In this document: positions 1-10,480 of the stretch, one piece after another
Numbering within the stretch: the stretch's first letter is position 1
Layout: each line of letters starts with the position of its first letter
NCBI GenBank assembly: GCA_010093705.1
Contig: MU006104.1
Coordinates: 372,001 to 436,000 of the forward strand
Length of the DNA stretch: 64,000 nt
Source of the DNA: Patellaria atrata CBS 101060
Taxonomy: Eukaryota
Direction: 5' to 3'
Notes under the pieces: model-generated
The model's input: only the letters and a program-made list of their open reading frames with translations
Databases searched by the model: none
What the model was told of the DNA's origin: nothing
Program-made: the position numbers and the translations under genes

Positions 1-2
1 CT

Positions 3-617
3 CTCGGTGGTCTAGGTATATCAGAAGATCCTGCCGAAGAAATAGATCCGAAGTTAGCACAACCACCCCTCCCTGACCTTATGGTTCAGAGGTCCGCACC
101 GGGCATGTTAGAGCATCCTGTAGGACCAAAGAAGCAACGTTCAAGTGAGGCTATCGCTGCAAAGCGACGTTCCATCGAGAAAAAGCGTCATGAGACTGCG
201 GATTCAGGTGATGACGAGGATGAAGAGCTAGGGAACTTTCAGGTTCGCGCCAAGAGTCCGAAGGGCGGTCGCTCAAAACCACAATCTAAGCTTGGGATCG
301 AGATGATGCGTACCAACAGCCATGGAAGCGTCGTTTCGGTGGAAGAGCTCGCCATTGCGGATCATCTTACTTCATCCCCTCCACCCGCGATCTCTGAGGA
401 TCCCCTGGCGGAGGAAGCTAGCCAACAAAGTCTGGCTGCTCCGAATAACGGCTTAGGACAACCGGTTCATGCAACGCTGACACCACCGGAGATATTCCCC
501 CTCGCACCAGGTGACAATATCAAGGAGATTGACATGGATGTCACCCCAAAACCCGCCCAAGATGACTTCAGAGACCCGGATCCTACGCCTAAGGCTACAC
601 CCTCGCGTCGACATTGA
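3..617 (+). CDS. 3' end of an unidentified gene (low-complexity Ser/Pro/acidic C-terminus), truncated by the window start
   Basis: Frame is open from nt 3 (LGGLGISEDPAEEIDPKLAQPP...) to TGA at 615-617 and is followed by a T-rich 3'UTR-like stretch. No recognisable domain. Confidence 0.7.
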   Translation, partial: LGGLGISEDPAEEIDPKLAQPPLPDLMVQRSAPGMLEHPVGPKKQRSSEAIAAKRRSIEKKRHETADSGDDEDEELGNFQVRAKSPKGGRSKPQSKLGIEMMRTNSHGSVVSVEELAIADHLTSSPPPAISEDPLAEEASQQSLAAPNNGLGQPVHATLTPPEIFPLAPGDNIKEIDMDVTPKPAQDDFRDPDPTPKATPSRRH

Positions 618-1742
618 TCTTAAACGCTCCCTCTAGCTTCGTCTAGGTCCGAAGAAATTGACATATATTCTACTTTCACTAGCTTACTTCCCTTTGTTTC
701 TGTTGTTTTTCACGTCATTTACCAGGTATAGCGAGGTGTTGGTGGTGTAGTTCCAATTGCTGCTATGGCGTTCTTGCTCTAGGATGGCATGGTGGACAAT
801 GTTGCTGTCCCAATCTGGTTTGGCACTACTTCTCTTTGTTCATGTTCTACTTTCTACTTTTTACCTTGTGAAAACGTGTATATGTACGTTGGTTCGCTTC
901 GCTTGGCTTGGGTGATTCTTCTGGGGGAAAGTTTACGCTCATTCACTCTTTACTCCTCCTTCGGGTAACCGTGGCATGGAGTATCTTTCTTCGATCACCT
1001 TAGGGATGATTTTATTGGGGAGAAAATGCATTGGTGCGTTGGATGGGAGGGACTGCCACTCTCAGACTCATTGAAGGCGGAATTACGGTGCCAATAAGAA
1101 AATTGTTATTCTATGTTTGGTCTTTTTTCGCAACCTATCCTTCTATTCTTTTATAGGCCGGGACACCACTTACCTTACTGGAATTTTCTTTCATATTTAT
1201 CCCCTTCCGGCCTTGGATTGGGAGGACCGGCAGCTTACCTCTCTTCAATATTTTTATCCTGTGCTTTTGGGTTTTAGCGTTTAATTACTCCTGTCCGAAG
1301 TTTATCATCTTCGACGGCGAATAAAATTAATTCTGCTGACCAGATATTTGGGTGGTTGTTTTTGATTTGTGATTAAGTGATCGAGACCTTTTGGACTACA
1401 GGCTTCGCAGTGAGAACGGGACGTCACATTTGAGTGCACAGATGAGAATACATGGTTAAAGAAACCAGATTGTTATATGATCTAGTATCCTCGCATGGCG
1501 GGTTAAGAAGCCGCTCGATGATGTCTCCTCTCCTCTACTGGGTATCTCATCCCCCTTGTCCAACACGACAGATCATTTTTCTACATCCCCTTTCCCTGTT
1601 GGCATGATTTTGACACCGCCCTCGTGCTCTGCGGGCGAGAACTTATAGGTCTCTCCGTGCTCTGTGACCATTTTGTTAACCCTTCTGACTCTCGTTTTCG
1701 AGGAATATCGATCCAGTACATCATGTGCCATTACGCGAACGC

Positions 1743-2515
1743 TCATGACTGTTTCGCGCGCGCGGACGCTTGGGCGGCTTCTGGTGGGATATCAGTTTCA
1801 TATTATCCGAAAAAGATATCAAGACCTTGAGCTGCAATGGTGGCTGTAGTAAAAGTGACATGGGACTGTCACGGAGACTGTAAATGGGTTAGGGGAGGGG
1901 AAGCATACCTCGCCTCGTTGCGTCTTCGAGGAGCGCGGTGTCGACGGCCGCGGCGGGGAGGTGGATGTAGCGGACTACGCTACCGCGGATGAAGACATTT
2001 TTACATGAGCTCTGTAGTGTCAAATATGTCAGCAATATTCCAGCATAATTTCTCATCCCCCCACCCCTCATCCTTCTCGAGGGTTGGGAAGTGAGCGTCT
2101 CCAATTTTCCCCATAATGAACTTTCCAGTCGCGACCTCAATCGCCTCATAAGCATCTCCAGCATGTTGTTTCCCTTTGCAGCAGGTCGCCCTGAATCGAT
2201 CCTCGAATATTTCTTCCCCCGGGGTAACAGGATAACCACACTCACCATATGAGGATACTTCACCTCGTCAACGACGGAGATGTCATCGAGCTTGATGTTG
2301 AGGAACTGGTCCACGCTCTTGAGCGTGCCGCGGATCGAGATGTCGTTCTTGAGTTCGACGGTGACTTCGTGGTCGACGAGGGTTTTGAAGAAACTGTTAT
2401 GTTTTTCATCAGCCTGACCAAAACTACAAAACAAGTGCAGACATTCGGACAAAGAAGAGAGGAGAGGGAAGAAGGGGCGATGCGAAGGTATAGAAACGCA
2501 CCTGAAGAACAGCAT
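1743..2515 (-). CDS. LSM2: U6 snRNA-associated Sm-like protein LSm2
   Basis: Exons 2515-2502, 2393-2246, 2011-1909 and 1780-1743 splice (GT...AG) to MLFFSFFKTLVDHEVTVELKNDISIRGTLKSVDQFLNIKLDDI...KYPHMSSCKNVFIRGSVVRYIHLP...LLEDATRREAAQASARAKQS*, the canonical Lsm2 Sm1/Sm2 motifs. Confidence 0.96.
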
Positions 2516-2645
2516 CTTGAATTTTGGAAAAGCGTTGTTGTGATGTTTAGGTTTCCACCGCGTCGTTCAGTTGTTGATGTGGGCAGTCGTTCTTTAAAGA
2601 AATCAATGCGGGTGGATCCGTGCATTCTCGGCTGCATTAGACCCG

Positions 2646-3070
2646 AGTAGGGAATTCCTAAAATCCAAAATTCGTCGAACGTCTGTCGTCAAAACTGAAA
2701 TTACCCCCGCGCGTTTGTCACATGGGAGGGTTTGTCTTCACGACTTCGACTGATTGGGTAAGGGGTCCTTGATTAGGAAATTCGATAGGTTATTTTCGTC
2801 GGACGTCGTGATCACGGCATATGCTGAGCATATGCATACATCCCGTCCGAGTGAACCATTCTCGTCATGCCCGCGGCGGACTCCCAGATTAGGCAATCTG
2901 GACATTTTCGTCGAACGTCTTATTTGTTACATATGCTCAGCATATGCATCTCTCAGCGTGAACCTTTATATCCCCGAGCTCGCTTCCGGAATAGGCAATC
3001 TGGACAATTTTTGTCGAACGTCTGGTTTGTTGCATATGCTAATCGTATGCTTTGGACCCCTTTGGACCCA
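2646..3070. repeat. Degenerate tandem array (3-4 units of ~100-125 bp) bounded by imperfect inverted repeats
   Basis: Units start at ~2646, 2771, 2887 and 2989 and share TAGG.AAT...TT(C/T)GTCG(A/G)ACGTC. Units 2-4 also share CATATGCT...TATGC. AAGGGGTCC (2760-2768) is the reverse complement of GGACCCCTT (3054-3062). Confidence 0.75.
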
Positions 3071-3398
3071 GTGTCAAACTACTTTTTAACGAAAACTAAC
3101 GACTTTTGATGGCATCTGAGGGCCGTTACAACTCCAAATAGGATAGGACATGCACAATACAATCAACTAGATAGTCGGTAATATCGTATGAACCGGACTC
3201 AGATTTTATTTTTCTTACTATATATCAGTTCGACTACGAGCTAGCATGGCAAGGAGAGGAGTTCAAGAGAAAGTGCGGTATCAAGATAGTAATGATATAA
3301 AAGCGCTCTACAAAAGAAAAGATATGTATAGAAAGCGGGCAAGATGCCCTTCCCAAATCCAATTCCCAAAGAAAACCCCACCCGTCATCGCACATCAA

Positions 3399-5996
3399 TC
3401 AATAAGGCTTCTGCGCCCACCCATTCAGATACCTCCACCCGGCACCCTTTTTCGCTGACTCTTCAAGCGCGGGAACAACACCCTCCAGCAGCTTGTCTTC
3501 GTCCTTGCCCATCTCTAATTGCAACTTGAGCATCCACTTCTCCCACGCCCATGAACCTACAAGACCAGTGAGCCCTGCAGCATCCGCTGTCGTACCAACC
3601 TCCACCGACTTCACCTCACCGTCGACGCTGATTGTCTTCTCTGGCGCGATCGATTCTCTGTTGTCCGTCCATTTCGCTGCAGTCTGCCCAGCTGGCAGGA
3701 CCATCCAAGCCCTCTTCACGTCCCCGAAGCCGGCGCGTCGCAGACGAGGGATGAATGACTTCGTTGGGTTGGCGTCGTAACCTCGGGTCTTGAGGTTGAA
3801 GCCGAATTCTACTGACAATGCGGATGCATTGTACCCAGCTTGAACAATCTCGGAGTCGATGAGAGCATACTCGAGGATACCTCCGGGTTTCAAGCAACGC
3901 ATGCATTCTCTGAGGCAGAGATCGTACTCATCGATGGTCTTGCCGGCTGGCTTGTCGGTCTTCAGAAATGCGTATAACGACCGGGCTGAGATGACATCGA
4001 AGTGAGCGTTGGGAAATGGTAGAGTCCACATGTTGGGAACCTTGATCTCACGATGATTACTTGGTGGTTGGATATCGGACGGTTGCTTTTTGCCAGTCGT
4101 GGCAGTGATGACAGTGGCTTTTTCGTTCTCTATCGCAACTTGCCATGCCCAGTCACACGCACCTTGTCCTCCGAGATCGAGTACCATAGCACCCTTTCGC
4201 CGTGATACAAGTCGTGTTGCGGGACGACTAAGGAGCTTACCACCATTAAGCATCCTGGTAGCTTCTAAGACCCAAGTTACAGGCTTGAGCTGCTCTAGCG
4301 CCTGTCTTTCCTTCTGCGCTCGAGCGATCATCTCCTTCTGCTCGGTTGGATCTGTAGGGTAGAAGGACGATACGGGCCTCGATGTTGTCACTTGGACCTT
4401 CTCGCTAAGTTCGAACTTGCCAAGAAGTCGCTTGATGTGAGTATCGGGAAAATACCTCCTTTCAAGATGGGTGGCTTCAAGGCGCTCTAGGCGGTGAATG
4501 AATGCATCTTGCTTCTGGGATCTGTCTAATAAGTATTCGAAACCTTCAGCAAACGTGTCATCCTTGGGGCCGTCATCCTCCACCTCTTCCCCTAGTGAAC
4601 TGACTGGTGAGCTCGCTTGCAACTCAAGAGTAAACCGCACTGATTTCTTGGATGGAGAACTGTTTGTGTCCTCGATAGAGCTTTCACGATTTGATATCAC
4701 AGGGGAAGTGCTGTCCAGATCATTCAAAGGGTTCGTTTCCCGCAGTGCGGAAAGGTAAGAATCTTGAGCTGAAAGCCACATGCTGGTACGATCGAGGTTG
4801 GCGGCGGCTGTCGATAGGAGTTCTTCCTCATAATCTTCATTGTATTCAAATTTACCCTTCGGCTGTCCTATTTCTGCAATTTCGGATTCGGCCTCCATTG
4901 GTGAAAAGATTGTACGCATCGCGGTCGGTGGACCATCTGAAAGAACAGATTCAGGCATCTCAACTATATGTTCAAAGGTTCCTGAGTCCCTATCCCATGG
5001 AACGCCGTAAAAGTTCTCAGCCGTACTGGTGTTTGGTCCCACTTCTTCGCTCGGCATGGACCAAGCTCCACGTGACGTAGAATCTAGAGAGGAAAAGAAT
5101 CCACCTGGAGAAGGAACAGAAAGAGCCGAAATTGGATCTAGTTCATCCAGGTCTTCCTGTCTGATTGAGGTATTAATTGTGGAAATCGGTCTCGGGCGAG
5201 AACTCGGTTCAACTTGACGCATTTCCGACATCTCGGGAATCTCCATCGTTTGCGTGTTTTCCAGTGTTTGTTCTTCGCTTGAGATGTTGTTCAGTGTTTC
5301 CATAGCTTCCGAAGATAGTTGAACAGGAGGTACCCAGTCATCCTCACCAACATTCGCGGCATGAAGATCCGGAGTTGAAGGACAACTGTGGCGATCCAGC
5401 TCTTCCGAAGTCATGCTACCGTCCAATGATGGCGTTGCGCTTGTTGCCGGAACTTGCAAGTTGCGAGAGGCTAAGAGTGATAGCACACGAGGGGACATTA
5501 TGTGCGGAGGAGATGTTGGTGGGAGAGGGGAGACAGCGCTCTTTTGAAGCTTCTGGATAGTGGGCCATGCAGTGGGGGACGGTATGACAATTGATGGGTA
5601 CCGCTGGTGTCTTATGTCATTAGAGGTCCGCTTCACCGAATTGGAGCATTTCAATGGTACTTCAATTTCAGTCTCGTTGTCAGAGAGATCGTAAAGACTG
5701 TCGTATTCCGACTCCCTACTCATTCTCCTCCATCCCGGTGATGTCACAGAGACAGGTGAAGATAGACGGCGACTGTTCAATTCTGATGCTCTCGGTGTGG
5801 GGAAGTCGTCCGTATATGTAGGCGAAAGCATAGCAGAGTTATTTGCAAAGCGTGGAGAAAAGTACCCCACGGTACTTTGCGAGGGGTCTTCCATTATAGT
5901 ATTAAGGGTCCGCCTTCGAACCTGCGAAGGCGCAGTATACGTCGTTGCTGGTAAGTTTGGGGCATAAGTCGTTGCTGGGAGTATGTATGTATCCAT
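3399..5996 (-). CDS. Fungal protein with a long disordered S/P-rich N-terminus and a C-terminal class I SAM-dependent methyltransferase-like domain
   Basis: Single 865-aa ORF. Motif I-like VLDLGGQG, LPFPNAHFDVISARSL and ECMRCLKPGGILE. Confidence 0.85.
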   Translation of the reverse strand: MDTYILPATTYAPNLPATTYTAPSQVRRRTLNTIMEDPSQSTVGYFSPRFANNSAMLSPTYTDDFPTPRASELNSRRLSSPVSVTSPGWRRMSRESEYDSLYDLSDNETEIEVPLKCSNSVKRTSNDIRHQRYPSIVIPSPTAWPTIQKLQKSAVSPLPPTSPPHIMSPRVLSLLASRNLQVPATSATPSLDGSMTSEELDRHSCPSTPDLHAANVGEDDWVPPVQLSSEAMETLNNISSEEQTLENTQTMEIPEMSEMRQVEPSSRPRPISTINTSIRQEDLDELDPISALSVPSPGGFFSSLDSTSRGAWSMPSEEVGPNTSTAENFYGVPWDRDSGTFEHIVEMPESVLSDGPPTAMRTIFSPMEAESEIAEIGQPKGKFEYNEDYEEELLSTAAANLDRTSMWLSAQDSYLSALRETNPLNDLDSTSPVISNRESSIEDTNSSPSKKSVRFTLELQASSPVSSLGEEVEDDGPKDDTFAEGFEYLLDRSQKQDAFIHRLERLEATHLERRYFPDTHIKRLLGKFELSEKVQVTTSRPVSSFYPTDPTEQKEMIARAQKERQALEQLKPVTWVLEATRMLNGGKLLSRPATRLVSRRKGAMVLDLGGQGACDWAWQVAIENEKATVITATTGKKQPSDIQPPSNHREIKVPNMWTLPFPNAHFDVISARSLYAFLKTDKPAGKTIDEYDLCLRECMRCLKPGGILEYALIDSEIVQAGYNASALSVEFGFNLKTRGYDANPTKSFIPRLRRAGFGDVKRAWMVLPAGQTAAKWTDNRESIAPEKTISVDGEVKSVEVGTTADAAGLTGLVGSWAWEKWMLKLQLEMGKDEDKLLEGVVPALEESAKKGAGWRYLNGWAQKPY

Positions 5997-7440
5997 GTTG
6001 GACAGTGACGATATGAAAAAAGACTAAAAATGGTGGTCTTTGGTCGGGTAGAATTTATCCCGAGTACTGGAGACGAGATATTGCTGAGTTGGTTGACTGC
6101 CAAAGCCGCAACCAGATCGAGGGTTGCGGCTGCAAGGTAAGCAATATCACCGTGCTGTGCAAAATATTAATAGACCTTGTCCGTTCAACGGATTCCTGAT
6201 AACGAGTATGTTCGATCAACGAGCTTCAGAAGTGAATTAAAGCGAGTAAAGCAGAAGAGAAAAGTGAGTGACTTGATAGTAAACGTCAACAGAGTGTTGA
6301 GGGCATTAGTTCTGGAGTGCGGCACGGGACCGAGAGGTTTAAGTGATGGGAAAGAAGAATGCCTGGGCCAACGATACATGCACTGTGGCTTATTGCCAAA
6401 GTTCATTGGAAAGCATTGTCCACTTACGAATGACCCAGAGCGATGTACGGGCGTTACGATTGAGCCTCTTCTAGTGAAGGTAGCCGTTCGCAGATGGCCT
6501 AAGATGCGTGGCCTTCTCATGATGACTTTGGTTGGACGATGGAACAGGGGAAAACATGTCGATGGATGAGAAGAGAAGAACTGCAATCCCTATTTGATCG
6601 CGCGCGCATCCAACTTGAAGGAAAAGGGAGGATTGATTGGATCATGGGAAATGGAAGCGCTGTGGAAGCTGTCGAACCAGCTTCAGCTTCTTACAGCGCC
6701 TGAGCGCGTGCCTACAAACTTCCAAGTTCACTTGTACTTCGCCGTTCCTGGCCCGGCGCTTCGGTCTCCCGTGTCCGCCAATCATCCCGTGGCACGACTC
6801 TTGACCGCAACAACATGAAGGAGACGATGGAGACTCCGAACAACTTCATGAATACTTAAGAAATACGAGACCTACCATTCTTCATCATTCTAGTTTCAAG
6901 TTTCGCCTTCTTCCTAGCATAATGACGGCACGACTAAAACAATGTTTGAAATCATACCGATGACGAGGCTCGCATATACAAGAATAGATCTCACCAGCTC
7001 GTTGCATAACAAAGGACTTGGAGGCACGGCTTTCATGTATAGTCGCTCTTATAAGAAGCAGTTAGGGAAGAGCAATCAATAATGCAAGTCCCCGGTTAGA
7101 AACAAGAAATGATAATGGGACGGAATTGTGATGAGGAGAGGAACGGCAGGGAAAGATTGGCGAGATATATGAGATTGCAAGGGCAATGAGATTTATTGGC
7201 GTGACTTGATGCCCGTAGTGAATTACCCCGCGGCTTCCGATGCCCTATGATTCCCGATACCCTCTACAAAGTTCCGTTCATCTCCCCTCATTCCGATATC
7301 ACCAATTACATTCGACAAACCCATCAATTCATGCCTTCGATAGAGTTGTAGCTTGAATATCACCCTAGCGTACACTTTGACTAAGCCCTTTTCATTTCTT
7401 CTACCCCTAAAGCATTGATTTTCAGAATTTGTGGCCCAAA

Positions 7441-8681
7441 ATGTCTCCTCCGGCTATCATCGCACCCTCAATCTTGTCCGCCGACTTTGCAACTCTTGGA
7501 AAAGCATGTTCAGACACGATAGGCCAAGGAGCAGATTGGCTTCATGTTGACATTATGGACGGGCATTTCGTGCCGAATATGACTTTCGGGGCGCCAGTTG
7601 TGACCAAGATACGTCCTCACGTTCAGCGGCCTTCCAGCGCTTACGGAAACGGCACCTTTGATTGCCATATGATGATCGCAGAGGTACGGCCTCTCCCATA
7701 TCTACGCCATATTCAGCCTTGACAATCCCCAATTCGCTACTATCTAAACCAAAAACTTTAAATCAACAGAACTCAATATCAATGCGTCAGGGGCAGTTTT
7801 ACGCGCCCCCTTTTCCCACATCCATAATTTCACCGCTGCACTGTACCTCCCCACTTCTGTTTTCAATACCGCACGAGACCATGCAACTAAGCTGACTAGA
7901 ACAAATCAATCCCATAGCCCAAGAAATGGGTCAAGGAATTCAAAGCTGCGGGCTGCGATCTCTATTGCTTCCACTACGAAGCCGCCATCTCCTCTACTGC
8001 GGCCGACTCACCATCCGGCACCTCGTCCGAGAAAACCAGCCCTAAGGAGCTGATCAAGTTTATCCACGAGCAAGGAATGCAAGCAGGCATTGCCATCAAG
8101 CCGAAAACGCCCGTCGATGTTCTTTGGGAGATCTTGGAGAACCCGGTCGAGGAGGAGCGGCCAGATGTAAGTCTCTGCATGCTGCGCCTCTAGTGTCCCA
8201 GGTGTTCCGATGACGAGGAGAGTAGGCGCTTAGAAGGACGGCGGGATGATTCTTGTTCATTCATATCATCTCGTGTTTTGCCACGGAAGGAGAACCGTCG
8301 CGTTATCATCAGCTCTTTGTCGCGTGCTCCCTGATTTACTCATCCTCACGCCACCTTTTGTTCTTCCATCATTCCACCGCAACAAAAAGCTAACATCTCA
8401 TCCAGATGGTCCTCGTAATGACCGTAGAACCCGGCTTCGGCGGGCAATCATTCATGGCCTCAGAGCTGCCTAAGGTTGCGGCCCTCCGCAAGAAGTACCC
8501 AGAGCTGCACATCGAAGTTGATGGCGGTCTGTCCGGTAAGACCATCGACCAAGCCGCAGACGCGGGTGCCAATGTCATTGTTGCTGGCTCGGCGGTGTTC
8601 GGCGCTAGCGATCCCGGTGCAGTGATCAAGGCATTAAGGGAAGCAGTCGATAGTAGGAGAGGGAGTGTGCCCCCATTGTAG
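7441..8681 (+). CDS. RPE1: D-ribulose-5-phosphate 3-epimerase
   Basis: Exons 7441-7683, 7918-8166 and 8406-8681. Motifs [41 protein letters not shown] and IEVDGG. Confidence 0.96.
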
Positions 8682-9455
8682 TTGTAACGCGGGAAGTAGA
8701 GGGTCTCGCATGTGTAAGTAGACATATGAATATTCAATCAGTACGTCTGTATATGCATGTTCTGCTGTGAGTCTTCGGGAAAAGGGGTACCTAGGGCCGA
8801 TCTAGTGACCTTGAATGGGGAGCTGGATTATAGAGCTGTCCGTAGATGATAGAATGCTCGCTGTGACGTACAGGATAGTGTCTACTATAGTCGGCCTTTC
8901 CACCGGTGAAAGTGAATACTGATGAACTGGCTTTCACGTAAGAGAGGATAGTGTCCTGGGTGGCAATTCAAGAATTCCGGGTAGATTAGTACGACACTGG
9001 GTTGGATGCAGTACTACACGCAACGGGTCCTCCGGGATCAACTGGTTGGTACCCCCATAAGACGGGAGATTTATTACACTTCTTGATGCTCTGGATGAAA
9101 GTAGGAGACGTGTATCCGCATCCCCAGCTTCTCCAGACTAAATGGTAATGGTACTCCCACATAGAATATCTTATTCGACCCCTCCCCATGCGGCAAAGCT
9201 GCTGTATCACTTCCAATACGCTTTTGGTATCGCGTATTTACATATAGGTGATTCGCGTGTGTGTGATGTGGTCCAATCAGGGGGTTTCAAAAGTCTAGGT
9301 CACTAAAACATTTTCCGTACTCTCCGGCTTTTTATTCGGAGATCTATTAGAATAGGGACGAGGTTTACAAATCTGCAGTTAGCTATGGGTCTGTAGTACG
9401 TCTAATGCATAACATTGAACCCGACTTCCCACGAAATCTTACAGATCTGTACGGC

Positions 9456-10480
9456 TCAGGTGAGAAATCTCTTAAGGTAAGGTTTCCATGAGTCTGTACG
9501 GTTCACGTCGGATATTTTCTTAGACTTTCCGTTGCGGCGATTATTCGTGGATGATCTCTTGTTTCGCGCGACCCGTTCACCAGCTGTTGTACGTTCTCCG
9601 TATTCATAATGCGTATGGGGGAACTCGCCTCCTGGAGACCATTTCGCTGGCATGTACGGCTCAGCTGGGGAGTGACTCCACGGTGAGCGCGCAGTTGGCC
9701 AGAATCACTGGAGAGAGTAAGAAGTGAGTGACATAAATAAGAATATTGATATATCCCATTCGTGGTAAGACTGCTAATCTAAGTTCATATCGTCTATATC
9801 ACTTTCATCATCGTACCATTTTCAGTTTTCTGTACACTCAAAATAGGAAACCCCCAAGCCTGACGGTACACGACCCAGGTATCCAGTAAGAAGGCGGGGT
9901 AGGTAAAACTTCAGTCGTGCAATAGAGTTAGTGCACAGCAGCGAGCAATGCTGGCTCTCACCCTCCGATGGAGATACATGTAAAGTGATAGACGGAAATT
10001 GTAGGCGTCTCCGGCTCCTGTGCATATACCCCATTCTTTGCTCTTGGGCCGTGACTTCCTTGGACCTATGAGGTTCTTCCTCTACAAGCCTGACATCCAA
10101 GTCCACACGCGCCGAACGACCCGGTTCAATCTCCTGAGCCTGTTGCGTTTTCGGGCTCCCCGGTCTATGCATTGAATTTCAACTTGAGCTGAATAGAACG
10201 AGGGCACAGAAGGCTGTCTCGCGTCGACTCTGACGATATAGAAGAGCTCGAGAGAGTAGTTAAAAGTGTGACTCTCAGTCAAGTCAGTCAGACCAAGGTC
10301 GTCATAGCTGGGTTCCGGGAGCTCGTTGTTGAGATCCTCTGAGATTCCGCCAAGGAGATTTGAGCCACCTACTCCAGCAAGAATATATGAGTCGATGCCA
10401 CCTTCGCCTTTACTTTGCTCTGCGTCAAGGGTCCAAAGAGAGGACATGGAACAGGAGGAACTAAGATGGTCAGCCAACAG
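9456..10480 (-). pseudogene. Possible decayed hypothetical gene
   Basis: Protein-like frame from ~10477 continues past TAG 10082, through an intron-like GTGAGA...CTAAC...AAG, and into further stop-interrupted coding-like sequence down to the 9456-9653 ORF. No family recognised. Confidence 0.3.

Noticed and set aside
1878..1908. 31-nt mini-intron (GTATGC...CTAAC...CAG) nested at the start of LSM2 intron 3
   Set aside because: Probably too short to splice, and the distal acceptor at 1781 gives the conserved EAA C-terminus.
2646..3070. CRISPR-like interpretation of the repeat array
   Set aside because: Eukaryotic context, degenerate units of irregular length and no cas genes.
8640..8770. Cryptic peroxisomal PTS1 on RPE1 by readthrough or alternative splicing, as reported for some fungi
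   Set aside because: The stop is TAG TTG TAA, not TGA CTA. Neither readthrough nor the plausible alternative splice yields an SKL-like end.
9448..9664. 12-bp direct repeat TGTACGGCTCAG at 9448 and 9653 as a TSD
   Set aside because: The intervening 193 bp has no poly(A), terminal inverted repeats or other element features.
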